From Callorhinchus milii (lineage: Eukaryota): a stretch of 64,000 bases of DNA. Of the stretch, positions 50,201 through 64,000 are shown piece after piece. The notes under the pieces are model-generated. The model did not search any database and was not told the origin of the DNA. It saw only the letters and a list, made by a program, of their open reading frames with translations. The stretch's first letter is position 1. Each line of letters opens with the position of its first letter. Where the stretch lies: positions 30,196,001-30,260,000 of the forward strand of contig NW_024704742.1 in assembly GCF_018977255.1 (NCBI RefSeq), written 5' to 3'. A program made the translations under genes and the position numbers.

Positions 50201-53200
50201 TTATTTACCACACACGTACAAAAAAAATCTTAACTCTCTTGTGTTTGGTGTTTGAGACATTTTAAACAGTGGATTTTTAGGCACTAATTATGAAATCTTC
50301 AAAAAAAAATACTGAAAGAACTTCACTGGTTGAATTAGTTTTCAAAAAACAAGATGTTTTCAATAGTCAAAGACAATATTTACAGATATAAACATGCCAG
50401 AGCAGGTTCAATGTGCTAATAAAGACTATAATTACATATTTATATTTTATTAACTCTATAATTCAACATGTAGAAATCAAAGCTTCATGGTGTTTGACAT
50501 TGATCCAACTGAGACTAGAAAAATGAAAAGTTTCAGTCTCCTCTGCCAAGATTGAGACTGAATTTCTTCTAAGGTGTATTGATGTCACTTAACTTTTGAC
50601 AAGCAATATGTGGCAGGTGATTGATGTATTCTCTGTACTAAATGCTAATCTGAGACAACCAATGCAACCCTTCATTTAATGAATTTACAAAATAAGCCTT
50701 ATGGTTAGGGCATAAGAAGATTGATTTCCAACTTTTCATTGCTTTAATGTGATTTTTTTTCTCAGGCTTGGGATTTTGCCCCAAGTGTGGCTTAGCAGAG
50801 TGTGCAGCAAAACAACTCTCTTGTGTTGGCTCTTTGAGATATTTTAAGCAGTGGGATTCCTAGATATTAGTTGGGTATAAACATTTGCTTCTCCAAAACC
50901 TTAAATATTCAATTTGCATTTCAACAACTCAGCAGTCAACCAACGGTCCAGAATACATACCACATACATGATACATACGTAGGTGAAAGGGCACTATTTA
51001 AATGTTATGTTTCTGGAAGGGAAACACAAAAATATTGCTTATGAGGCCCACAAACCTTTGTCAAATAGGGAATCCAGTCTTCAGCAGACAAAAGATTAGA
51101 CCACCCTGACATACATTATCTCATCTGAAAATCTGGACTCCTTTTTATTTCCAGATTAATTAACTTTTTTTGGTTCATTTTTGAAATCTTTTATAATTAT
51201 TTATATCACCACCGATATGTTGCTAATTTGTTCTGCACGCTTAACATTCTCAAATACTCTCTAACACTAACCCTTTCAATCCTCTTTATCTCTCTGATCT
51301 CTTTTTTCCCTATCACTCGCTCGTTTGCTCATTCGAACTTGAGACATCTATCAATGGTCAAAGTGGAAAGATTGGTTTGGATGAAGGAGGCCCTTCGGCC
51401 CATCCGATCTCATCCTTCCAGAACATCCACCATCCCCCCATCCCATCAATGATGGATTTTTAAAGGATTCCAGGGCCCTGGCAGGAGGTCTTTTGGGGCT
51501 TCTCTTAAAATTTTCGGGATAGACTTTTTTGGATTGGTTTTAAGTCCTTATAAAATAGAGCTTGATTATGTAATTAAGTTTTGGCTCTACATTTGCTGAG
51601 GAAAGAGGAAGTAATCTGGAAGTTGGGTATGGCCTCTACCAAAATTACACACAGATATTGTTTAAATATTGAGGATGGTGTCATCATAATGTGGGCTGTT
51701 GGCATCTCAACAATATGATAAGGCTCTAAATCAAATGCAAGGATTATTATTGATTTATTTCTTTATTCAGTGTGGTTTACTTTGTTAAAAAGACGAGAAT
51801 CCCTTTGAATTGTCACTAAAACTCCATGAGTAGCCTAAGAGTTAATGCCTATTCAAAAATGTGGATGTTTCTATCCTTTAATTACAAGCTGTTCTTGCTC
51901 ATGATAATCCTGAGCTCTAATGGCCATTAAGGACTCTGAGCGTAATTAGACGTAACTCTGTACTTATGACTGAATTGTAGAAATTCTGTAATCCATTAGA
52001 CTACAAAGTAAATATTTATGTCTTGCATAAGATACTTGGTTATTCCTCTGGAACCCTACCCCCACCCACCCACCGCCCTACCATCCCCACTGAATCATTT
52101 GACGATGCAATTACAGAATTACAATGTCAGTTGACTCAATTTATAATATTCCCACCTCATACGGTTGATCATATGGTTGAAACTTATCAAATATCAAAAT
52201 CATGTAATCAAATGCAAGGATTATTATTATTATAAACGTGCATTATCAGAGGTGCTGTCTTTTGGATGAGACTAAACCCTGCCTGCCTGTTCAGGTGGAC
52301 ATTAAAGATCCTATGGCAGTGTTCAAAACGAGAACAGTGTTTATCTCAGTGTCCTATGCAACAATCTTTCAGATAAATTAGTTCTTCACTTTGTGGCTGT
52401 TTGCATTCTTCTGGGTCCAAATTAGACACCATTGTTTGCGTACAGATTGCTACTCTTAACAGTAATGCAATGACTGTGAAGTAGTTTGAGGTATTTCTAG
52501 TACCCTAATAATCTATATTATTATTATTAATGTATAAAATAGTGTAGTTGCAAGTCACCACATCAAACTGGTTATGAAATCTGAGATTAGGAAATGATCA
52601 TGTGATTTAAACTTCTCAAATATCAAAATCATGTAAAACCATTGAATTTATTTGTACTGTATAAGTATAAACTCTTTTTTTTAAAAATTACACCATGTCC
52701 CAAACATCAGGATCCTCTTTATCAGACTGACAGACAAATCCATGATTTGCAGTGTATTTTTCCCCTCTCTTTTTTAAGCGCAGGTGGTTTAAAAACAACA
52801 CAGAACTGCTAATTAGATACGTTTCAATATTTTCATTAAATTTTTATTTCATTTTCTTCTTGTCATTTCTTTCAGTGCTCTGAGGGGCTTCTTGTTTCAC
52901 TGTTTAAATCACACCAATCTGGTTCTTCAAGCAAAATATGGCAGAGAAAATAATTCACAAGCTAACAACAAATCATTTCTGCTGCCTAGAAACCCAAGGA
53001 ACATGTCTGATTTGCCCTAGATAGGGCAATGTGCTAACATGTTCCTCTTCATATTAATTCATTACAAACACATAGTCACAGTAAGCAAAACGTCTCAATT
53101 ATGTGATAAAGTGTTACATCAAATGCAAGGGTTATTATTATAATAGTTGTGGGAAGTTGGGCAAACTATGCACATTTCAGCATAAAATGAAACCATTTGG

Positions 53201-53914
53201 GTTTATTTGTGTATAAGCACTTAAGGAAATATATATTCCCTTCTCCCTAGACCCTTCCTCAAACATTTGGCTCTTCTTCATTCAACCATCAAACAAAAAC
53301 ACAACTTCACAGTCCCTCCTTGCCCTCCGTTTCAAGTGCAGATAGTAAAAAGAATCATGGTTAACTTTCTGCATTTAAATGTTTGCATTAAAGAGAAACA
53401 TTTTCTTTTTATCATTGATCCCAGTGGCTTCTTGTTGAATGATTGATATTATATTATTGTGCTTGCTTTCCCACTAGAGCCACCCATTCCAATCCACTCC
53501 AATCCCAAATTGATGCTTATAATTTCCCTTTTTTATAGCTTCTCCCAACAGAGTTGTTTTCAGGAATTTGAACACACCCTCGTTTAAGTAAATATGAATG
53601 CGATTTTCCACTGCATAGGAAAGATGATACTAGCTCATCTACTTCAGTTATATTATCTGACATCCTCCCCAGATAATGTCAAACCTTCATATCTGATGGT
53701 TTGCTGACTTGTGTGAATTTTAATTGGTCAGTGGAGCGTCTGACATGTGCAGAAACCCATCGCCAAACTTAAGAGTATTCAAAAGTCAGACCCAGAGTAG
53801 TACTTATGCGTGGCACTCCGCTTACCCAATTCTAGGAAGTAGTAGGTGCAAGTTGGTATAACTTGGTGACCACAGAGTCTGTGTTAAGATGCTGCTGGAA
53901 TTTAACCAGCTAAT

Positions 53915-54156
53915 ACAACAACAACTTACAATTGTATAATGCTCTTCACGTTGGAAAGACGTCCCAGGGTGCTGGACAGTTAGGGGTTTTTGGACCTGAG
54001 CTGGGAGTTAGGGATCAGGAGGGGTGGAGTGCAGTGGGAGTGGGAGGGTGGCTGAAGGCACGGTCGAAGAGGAAAGTCTTTAGACGGGACTTGAAAGAGG
54101 CAAGAGAGGGGATGAAGCGGAAGGATTGTGGGATAGAGTTCCAAAGTGTGGGGGCA
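53915..54156 (-). mobile_element. L2 3' end inserted in the unclassified repeat
   Basis: caacaacaac tail; gaaggcacggtcgaagaggaaagtctttagacgggacttgaa...gagttcca. Confidence 0.8.
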
Positions 54157-57100
54157 AATGCTATTGCAAACACTATCTTGCAAGCTTCCCTCTGCTTGTC
54201 CAGCTAGGATCACCCTCCCCTTTAAGGCTCTGGCTTGCAAGGTTTAACCGGATTGAATGAATCTACGCCAGGCTGGCTGGTCTGTCTTCAACAGTGCCTT
54301 GGAGTTCTGTGGACTCACCTGGCTCAGGAATTGGATGAATGTGACCACCAAAGAAGAGTGACTAATATTCCAGGGACTTAGAGTGAGCTCAGCCTCATGA
54401 AGATCCTGCTTACCTCTTCCCCAAGTAAGCCAGTCACTTGTGTGAAAGAGTATGCCACTATATCTCTAAAGGAGTGTTATTAAAACAATTCCAATAAGGC
54501 TGGTGGGTAAGCAAAAACGTGGTATTCATTTCTCTTTCTGTCCCTTTTTGTTACCACCCACCCACATACACATTTAGACACAGTTGTCCACTGAAGATGC
54601 AGAAGTAAAAATGCCATTAACAAAAAATGGAATCGCAGAACACAATAGCAGCAGATTGCTGTTGTGCATTGACATAAATAAAATGTGGGCAGATAAGTCA
54701 TTGAATTAATCGAATGATGATCAACTTTAGCTGTTGTTATCTAACATTGCTTAGGTGATGTCAACCAAGGATACTATGTTCCCCCAGCTCTTTTGTGTAT
54801 AATACGTTTTCAGCAATAGTATGACATTTTGAAATGGCATTTTGGAAAATTCATTAGAAGGAATTATAGAATCTTTTCAGTGAAACTCTAATAGTATTGA
54901 CATCATAGCTGTTTTGCAGAAAAGAAAGCATACAGTTTAGAATTTTGTGTCAATGTTACTGAGGGAGCAGCCATAACCTTCATTTTTCTAGTGCCTTTTT
55001 GTGATGGATGCTCTTATCATGCTGATATAGGGATAACGCAGGAAGGAAAGGAGGGGCTGTTTGAGAATGGTGACTAAGGGAAAGTCAAAGTGGTGCATTT
55101 TTAAGAGGCTTTTGAAGGCGAGGAAAATGTCTCACAGCTGAGGGATTTGGGAGAGTGTTCAGAACATGGGGCATGGTGGCTGAAGGCTCAGTCACAGGGA
55201 CAAAGGGATTGAAGAACAAGCAGCAAACCAGATTTGGAGTGTGGGGTGTACAGGTAAGAATAAGGGACAATAAGAGAATACATAAGTAGGGATGGTCAAG
55301 TAATTGTATGCTTTTCAATGTCACATACAAAGTTACTACTTCCTTATTGATACAGGCAGCTGTTCACCCTAGTACAACAGCCATCTCCTGTTTTGAATGC
55401 CAATCGCACTCGAACGCAGGTAGCATAAAAATCTGGCTTGACCACATCATAAATTACTGCCTCTCTCTCTGAGGTTAAAATCTCACTCTTTTCTCACTCC
55501 TTCCACTTGGCAAACTCGGACCTTCTGCACTTTCCCTGCCTCCTGCGTCCATCCACTGGAGGCCGAGTCTTCAGCCACTGTACCATCACCCTTTGGAACT
55601 GTCTCCCTCAATCCCTCCATCCCCCTCCTCTACATCCATCTTTAAAAGCTATTAAAAAACTACTGTACCTCTTCAACTGTGCCAATCTCTCTCCTCCCTT
55701 CTCCCTCACCCATCTACTCATGTACGGCACCATGTCTGTAAAGCACCAAAATTATACTTGGGAAAGTGAAGGGCACTATATAAGTGCAAGTTGTTGGTGT
55801 TATATGTACAATCATATTTCATTGATACTGTATTAAAATTACTCTTGTTTTCCCCACCTTCTTTAACACCAGAATACCAAAGAACTATTAGGACGGAGAG
55901 CAATAATAATATTCCTTGCATTTGATATAGCGCCATATCACGTCTTCGAAACATCTCAAAGCGCTTCAAAGAATATACTGTAAATTGAATTGACTGTATA
56001 TTTTGTGGGCAAAATTGCTCTAGTAGAAATGCAGAGGACAAGTGACTAGACTAGAATTGGTCATCGAAGATAACAGCCAGCAGCTCGAGGCACAGACACA
56101 TACTTGCAATACACTCATAAATAAATAATATTAATTAACATTGTCAGATCTGGGTATATACACACAGACCAAAAATAGCTTTGGGCATAAACACTATTGA
56201 CGCACACAAACTCAGTTATGTATTTTTAAAAAGCTGAAAGTGATTATTTAGACATCAAAAGCACAGGTTCTTTATTCAAACATAGTGGGGTTAATGATGT
56301 TATCCATCTACAATATTTTTTATTAGCAGAGAAAGGAGTTCATATTTAAAGAAAGTATGATGGACAATAATATAATTTAAAAACAAATCTGGGCACATGT
56401 TAGCTTGAGCCTACCTGCTGACAAGATGCACTGCTGTTGCTTGACTGGCCCCAGTTAATACTGTAACATGCTTTATTGCTGACAGTGTAATGACTGACTA
56501 AGCCATGAGATCACCCTGCACTGGACCTGAATGGTATAAAAGCAGGAACGCAATCTGCCCCAGTTTCTTTTCCCTGCACTCGAGCTCCTGTGATAGGGGT
56601 GGAGAAAATAACTCATGTCTTAGGCCTCTGTGCTGGGCAGGCTCAGGCTTTTGTAGAGAAGCCGCTGTGACTGTAGAATATGGTGCCTGAGAGACTGATA
56701 CGATTTAGCATTAGGTGGGAGCCATGAGTGACAGTGAGGCATAGAGGGGTTTGCAGGTCAATGGCCATCAAACCTGAGTGCCTGTTCTCTTACTGGGTTT
56801 ATTAGAGATATCAAATCTTGTCTGTTACTGGTAGGCCATCTGGAGGCTGCTAAGGTTTTCCCCATGTTAATAAACCACTCAATTTGTTACCCAAGTCTGT
56901 CTCCATTGTGCATTTGGTATCTATCTGACTCATGTAACTGTGTTCATGTTACAGTACTTTCATAGCCAGTTCCCCCTGTAAAGTGTTGCTCTTGACAGGT
57001 ACTGTGTTTGATCAAAGTTAAAATAATAGTGACCCAATGCAATGCCCTACTCCCATAGAGGAAGCTTGGGCTATTTATTGATCTATCAACCGGCCCCGCC

Positions 57101-57231
57101 CCCTTTCTCTGAATGTTTTTATCATTCTCACAATTTTATCTTAAATCCTTAGCGCAAGACAAAACCAATACTGCCACGGGCCACGTTATTATCTACTTCT
57201 TAAATGAAATAGGTTGAGCCTCAGTTGGCGT

Positions 57232-57545
57232 ATCCCCCACTCCACCACCTGCTGCCTCCGCTTGGCCGGCTCCGGCCTCCTGTTCATCCCTCTCCCCCTC
57301 TGCTCCACCATCGCCGGCTCTGCTTTCAGCCACTACGCCCCAAAGCTGTGGAACTCCCTTCCTCAATCCCTCCGCCTTCCCCCACCCTCCCCACTTACAA
57401 ATCGCATCTAAAGACCTTCCTTTTTGATTGTTCTTATCGTCACCTCCCACCTCCCTCTTGGGGTCAGGCTCCTCCACTGTCATGCACTCCGGGACGCTAC
57501 ACCTTGTGAAGGGCGCTATATAAGCGCAAGTTGTTGTTGCTGTTG
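57232..57545 (+). mobile_element. L2 3' fragment
   Basis: STIAGSAFSHYAPKLWNSLPQSLRL; gcaagttgttgttg tail. Confidence 0.85.
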
Positions 57546-60500
57546 CAATGCAAGTTTGCTTGAGGCATTAGCACAATAACAACTACAACAAATTACATTT
57601 GTATAGCGCCTTTGATATTGGGAGGACCTCCCAAGGCGCTGACTCACAAAGAACCATGCCTTAATTCACTATCAAGTACAGGAGTGAAAGCTATTGATGG
57701 AGTATTGAGATGAAAATGTCTCTGTGGACAGACATTAGTTGGTACAATTGGTTAACACTGTGGCTTTGAACCATAGAAATGTACAACACAGAAGAAGACC
57801 ATTCATGTCTGTGAAAAAAATAATAATAATAATTTGGTCACTCAATCCACGACTGTTTGTGGGACACTGCTGTATGCAATTGGCTGCTGTGTCTGATTGT
57901 ATATTTGTATATTTGTCCACAAATATACAATCAGTTTACTTTACAGTATATTCTGTGAAGACCTGATAAGGTGCCATATCAACTGCAAGGATTAGTATTA
58001 TTTATTCTAATCCTTTCAGTGCTATTTACCTGATCTTTTCCCATATCCTTGTACCTGACTCTTTTTAACGTTTCCTCTTGAAGGTCAGTGCAGATTTTGT
58101 CTCAACTATCGTTCCCGGGAGGACATTCCATATTCCATATCTCAGACCCGGCTCACATCCAAGTCTGACTGGCGGAATGTCCGTTGGTTAGGTGTCCTAT
58201 GTGAAAGGTATTTGGGGAAAAACTCAGGTTATGGTAGGTGGGGGGTACCCAGCACGAACTTGCATCAGTTTGGCAATCTCACTTGGATAATCATTAGTTG
58301 GATAACAAGATGCATGGTGAAGAAAATCGAATCTGTTATGTTTTTAATCTCTGAACAGCCTTCCTCTCTAGATCCCTTTGTTACTTCTCTGTCATTTTAT
58401 ATGTTGTTTTTCATTTTATTTCGTGTTATTTCGTATTTCCGAAAAACACAGGGCTTTAATTACGAATCACATAATTCTGAACAGCAATAAATGTTATTGA
58501 GCACAGTAGCTATTAAGTTTTACTCAGCCTCTCAGTCCCCAAAAATATTTTCACCTACCAACAATACTTTTCAGAAGTTACATTATTGGTGCTGTCGTGA
58601 TTAATTAATACACTTACCACTTGTAAACTGTCTGAAGTTCTTTAACACCCACACACACCGATATTGAGTGAAGCTCTTTTGGGATCAAAACAAACCAGTA
58701 CATACATCTGGGAAGGATTGGGAGACATTCAACAGAACAGGCTGAGAAGAACATTTGGCTGAAACAGCAAAAACATAGTTCAGCTCTTTCCTAATTTTCT
58801 TGGCCCATTTGTTTCATTTTACGAATACTGCAGATTAATTTGAACTGAAAGGCTTAACGTTCCACTCGGAAATATAATCTTGCAGCCAAATGCTATGTCA
58901 TAGACTAACTCTATTTAGCAAGATGTTCTTTTTATGTTATCCAGCTGTTGACTCATCTAGCCAAGGAATTCAATCAAACTTAAATGTTGGCATTTTGTTA
59001 ACTGGAACATTTAACTTTAGTTGAATTGTTGCTATGTCAATAAGTCAAGCTACTATGCACCTCTTACTTTAAATTATGCAGTACTGTACTTTCCTTTAGT
59101 TTCAACATTAGATTCAAACTGCACACCAGGAAATATAATACAATTCATTTTTGAATTAAATAGCTTATGGATTTTATGAAATCTGTTAGGCTCAGTAACC
59201 TTTCACTATTTATCCAAGCTAAAAATAAACCATTTCTAAAAAATAACATCATCAAGACAATCAAAATGTGTCCATTCCAAGAAAACAGTTGTTAAATAAA
59301 TTAAATTGGGATATACATGTGAACAAAAAAACATAACATCTAGAGCTCTAAAGCTTTTTTTTAAAATTGCGTTGATTTGGAGATGATGTATCGGTTCTTG
59401 AAATAATTATTCAAAGGAATTAGAACTTGGCTATTGAAAATATCTCCAGCAAGAATTCACAATAATAATAATAATCCTTACGTTTGGTATAGCAGGAGAA
59501 TGTCTCAAAGAGCTTCACATGATATAATGTAAAGTGGAGGGACTGTTTCTTCGGCAAACATGTCAGATATTTCGGGACTGGGATAGAGGCTAAATTGCAA
59601 ACATTAACTTCTCTGAGAGATACGTGAGAGAGGCAGGAATAGAGGGCTATGGGATAGGACAGCGAGGCAAGATTAGGAGAGGTGGAGGCTGTTGTGAACT
59701 ATGAATACTGCATAGACGAGTTGGGCCGGATGAAGTGTTTTGATTATGTAGATTCTGTGGAATTCAATGTAATTATTATAATTTCTAACACTTATTTGAT
59801 TGTTTATGTGGAGTATAAATTTTGACATGCACTAGTTGGGTCAAAAGTCTTTTTTGCTGTTCGAGATTCTACGTAATTCTGTGTAAAAAAAAGGAACCTT
59901 TTAGACTTTTCTTCCAAAGTTTCTTATGAAGCTTTTTCCTTGTTAACCTTCAAAGCAATGCAATCCTGTCTTGATAGATTATTAATTGAGATATATTTTG
60001 CGGACTAAGGTCAGAAATGTGAACAGAAATGAATTGCTTATTTACCCAGGACAAACCCTTTTATTTGCATTTGAGTTAATAGTTGTTACAATATAGGATT
60101 TGCTTAAAAGCTATTTAAGTTGCATACGTTTTTGGGGGGAGGGATTATTGCCCCTGAAAAGCAATCTGCTAATCGACTATCAATCGGTTTCCTATTTACT
60201 GCAAGGTAAACAGAGGCAGGTGGAGTAAGGAAACTGCCTAAGGTTTTGCTCTGCCTGAGAATGAACCTGGGTCCTCTCGCTTGCGAGGCATGTATTCTAC
60301 AAGACTCCTATTATAATTGAACTAAAATTATTAATACAGTATTTTTCTGGGAAGTTACTTTGTCCGTAATTTTGGTGTGAAGTTCCTTTGTCCCATTGAG
60401 AAAGTACAGTATATATAATGATGTTGAAAGTACAGCTCTCAGGTTGATATAATAGAAGTGGTTGATCATGTAGATCCCACAGAATATGTTGTAAAGTGAA

Positions 60501-60989
60501 TTGACCGTATATTTGTGGGCAAAACGCATTACCCTCAAGAAGGCCTAGAATCTCCCTGAAAAAGAACTAATAGGTACAATCCGAATAGTAGAAGGGAGCA
60601 GACCATATTATCAGAGTAGTACCATTATGCTGTCCATCAAATCTGAACTGGAGTATTTCATGTATTTCTACACATGAGTCACTTAGCCAACTCTCCAGCT
60701 CCAGCTTTAAGATTTTTCTATTCATTTTTGCCTGAAACCCCTACAGTGAAAGGGAAATTGCGCACCTGCTCTGACTTACCAACCCCTCACTCAGGTTTAC
60801 AGCTAATAATAAGCTCTAACTCTTTTAGATGCACAACACCATCATAGCATACGTAGTCTTGGAAGCCCTATTAATGCCCATCTGTGAAAAGTACTGTGTG
60901 AACACCATGTAAACCCACTAAACCTGATGTTCAAATACATGTTAATGTATGTTGTGTTTTTTTAGATTTATGGGAATAATAATAATCAT

Positions 60990-61453
60990 AGGCTCCATGA
61001 GCCTATCACTACCATCCTCACCCAGCTCCTCTGACTCTCCATCCCCCAGCGGATCGAGTTCAACATCCTCGTCCTAACTTTAAAATCCCTCCATGGTCTT
61101 CTGCTACCTCCTCAAACTCAGTACCAACCCGGTCACTCCCTCCGCTCAGTGGACACTAGTCTGCTTCACATCTCCCGCCAACCTGCCCTACCATCAGCAG
61201 TCGGGCTTTCAGACAATCTGCCCCCACCCTCTGGAACTCCATCCTGGAATCCCTACTGCTCACTCCTTCCATCGCCTCCTTCAAGACCTTCCCCTTTTAC
61301 CATGCCGTTTGTTATTTTCCCATTCCACTCCCCTTAGCCCCCCACCCCCCGATTCCCATCCACCCTCTAGCTCAGGTGCAAACACTGCATTGTCCAGCAT
61401 CTTAGGATGACTTCCTAATTTGAAAAGTGCTGTATAAATGTAAATTTGTTATT
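60990..61453 (+). mobile_element. L2 3' fragment (degraded)
   Basis: cccccagcggatcgagttcaacatcctc...ctctggaactccatcc, plus tail. Confidence 0.8.
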
Positions 61454-62220
61454 GTCATCCTTGCATTTGATACAGCGACTGTAATATTAAGAACGTGTCA
61501 AAGTGCTTCACAAAGTTTCCATGAAGTGTAGTGACTGTGTATTTGTAGGCAAATGCAGCAGCTAATTTGCACAGAACAATGACCCTGCACAGTCACAAAG
61601 TAAATGATCAATTTTATCTGGAAATTTGTTGGCCACTGGGAGAAACTCCCTCCAAATACTGTAGTACAAAAAAAGGTTTGTCGAGTGTACATATCCATCC
61701 AAACAAGACGTTTCTTTTTTTCCTTAATTCTTTTGAATTTGTGGGAGTGAATTTAGGAGCAAAGTAGAAAGAAAGATTGTGATTTTAATATCGAGGGTAT
61801 TGACAGAACAAAATGCCAAATGATCAAAATGTGTTGTGAGGTCTGAAGAGAATAGTTTAAAGGGTTTACTTCCTCTGAAGTTACCATGAAAGAAAATCAC
61901 AGATGAAACATTCTGGAATTTCAAAGCCAGCATAGCTTTCGCTATTTTTGTCTCTGCATTACCTGCAACCCAGAATAAAAGAAATACAATTGTGCTTCAA
62001 TTATATTCTCATCAATAAAGGTGGAGATCACTGTAGACAAATTGTGTCTTTTTGATATTCTACCTTTTACTTCATGAGAGAGCAGTAGATGAAAGAACAA
62101 ATGTTTGCATTGCACTGCAGTCAAGAGGAGTTTCATTGCAGAAGATGTTTATCTTTCAAAATTCTACGAAACAGGACATGTCAGCAGTCAAAAACTACAG
62201 TGGAAACAGCACACTTATTC

Positions 62221-62475
62221 ATAATAATAATAATAATCCCTGCATTTGATACAGCAGCTTATCACATCACTGAGACGTCTCAAAATGCTTCACAGAAAAT
62301 ATACTGTAAAGTGAATTGACTGTATATTTTGTGGGTGAAACACGGCAGCCAATTGTGCACAGCAGAGTCCCACAAACAGTCGTGGATTGAGTGATCACAT
62401 TTTTAATTATTTATTTATTTTCGAGGGATTTTTACCCCTGGAAAGTGATCTACTAATTGACTATCGGGTTCCTAT
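62221..62475 (-). mobile_element. SINE, 5'-truncated
   Basis: Same family body and tail. Further fragments at about 1035-1143, 14073-14187, 31660-31770, 44265-44372, 55903-56013, 57815-58000 and 60130-60308. Confidence 0.85.
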
Positions 62476-62929
62476 AGTCAGGTATTCACTTATAAATGAA
62501 CTTCAAATGACCTCTTAATTTTTAGTTTATGATGAATAATAAAACATGATTGAAGAAGGGTGTCTGTCTGCAGCAGTGCCATCCTTCAGACGAGTCATTA
62601 AACCGCCTGTTCAGGTGGATGTTACAGAACCCAAGGCACTGCTTCCAAAGGACGAAGGGAGTTTGTCCTGGTTGACAATCATCCATATATAATTGGTCAT
62701 TCACTTCATGGCTGTTTGTGGGACATTGCTGCAGATTAAATTACATTCTGATTGTGGGACAAAAGTGCCATGTTCACCTGTAAATACACAGTGAATATGC
62801 CAGACTGTAAAAATCCTGTGAAGCACTTTGAGATGTTTGGAAGAAGTAATAAGGTGAATGATTATTGTTATTCTTTATCTCGCTACAACCTTTTTTTCCC
62901 CTCAAAATATTTACCTCTGCTTCTTCTGA

Positions 62930-63250
62930 AGATCCATACCTCCCTGGCCCAAATGGCCATTATTGATAAATGAGTCTAGACAATGATCTTTGGCAGTTTA
63001 TTCAACTGAAAGGATCCAAGCTTGATCCTGTCATCACTCAATATCCACTCAACAGGAAGGGTAACAGGATACAGATCAGGAGTAGGAACTCTGGCTGCCA
63101 TCCCTTCACTAATCCAAGGCACTAAAGCCAATTCTTGCACCTCTACTACTGCTCTGCCACCTAATCTAACAGACAAGACCACTAACATGTGGATTTCTAA
63201 GTTGTTGTAGCTCAGCTACAATGAGTAAACTCACTGACCCATAGGGGGAG
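62930..63250 (-). mobile_element. Ancient SINE of a third family (AmnSINE2-like, tentative)
   Basis: Reverse complement begins ctccccctatgggtcagtgagt (A-box-like) and includes ttggctttagtgccttggattagtgaaggga...gcagccagagttcctactcctgatc...gacaggatcaagct. Identification from recall only. Confidence 0.4.
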
Positions 63251-64000
63251 CAGATACTTTTCTTTTGTACCTCCATTTGAAGTTTTCATATCATTTTGCT
63301 CTGCAACTATTTTCTCCTTTTTACTAAATTAATATTTTGTGGAATCAAATTTACACGTTTTATCCCTTAATTGCCACTTGGAAACCCTTTAAGCTTTTAT
63401 TACCTGGAGATTCCTGGTACTGAACTTTCCTGGATTATGGAAGAATAGAGATTATTGCAAAAGGGAAGCAGAACAAGCAGGAGAGTAAGACTGGAAAAAA
63501 GCAACAAGGGAGTGGGACAGATAGAAGCAGATAGTTCAGGGAAAGTAATTGGGAAATTTTAGCAGTGGATCTGAGGGCTTTAATTGAGTAATACATACCA
63601 AGCAGAGAGAAGCCTTTTAAATTGCCCTCTTCATAATACACAATTCACAATGACAACTTGCATTTATATAGTGTCTTTCGACAATGATGGAGGAGGGGGA
63701 AGGGGAAGTGATTATAAGTGTGGTCAAAAAGGTAAGATTTTAGGTGGAATTTAAGATTAAATAGGTGGTGAGACTGAGGGAGTTCCAGAGGCTAGAGGCA
63801 TAATAGCTGAAGGTTCGGCCACTGTTGGTGGCATGGAGAGAGCAGAGTGTGTACAGCAAGCCTGAGTTAGCCGAGCAGAGGGAATGAGCAGAAGAGTAGG
63901 GTAGGAGAAGATCAAAGAGGGAGGTGCAGGGATGTGAAGAGATTTATAGGTGAGAATGAATAATTTGAAGTCAAACAGACACTATATAGTTTCATTAAAC

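Noticed and set aside
44134..64000. A neighbouring gene upstream of RNF150
   Set aside because: No ORF or exon with recognisable host-protein similarity; only repeats and AT-rich sequence.

Overview
Vertebrate genomic DNA, most likely a cartilaginous fish such as a chimaera or elephant shark. This is inferred from the repeat content: L2 LINEs, tRNA-headed SINEs with L2-like tails, Deu-domain SINEs and a shark-type Penelope repeat. The only host gene I can support is RNF150 (PA-TM-RING E3 ligase) on the minus strand. Coding exon 1 lies at 41982-42537 in a GC/CpG-rich, microsatellite-laden promoter region, and exon 2 lies at 21033-21283. The RING-encoding exons were not found and presumably lie left of the window. 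The rest is intronic or intergenic and dominated by decayed retroelements; almost all other listed ORFs are repeat-derived or chance ORFs. The most notable observations are: (1) a ~460-bp Penelope-type insertion in intron 1 with a 15-bp target duplication, ~130-bp inverted arms and a minimal hammerhead-ribozyme motif on each strand; (2) an unclassified dispersed repeat family with 4 copies, one bracketed by 95-bp direct repeats; (3) a 37-aa Gln-Ala/Ser/Pro low-complexity loop in the RNF150 PA domain; (4) inverted retroelements flanking exon 2. I could not establish a genuinely new multi-gene system. Repeat boundaries are approximate and family names are from recall, not from a database search.
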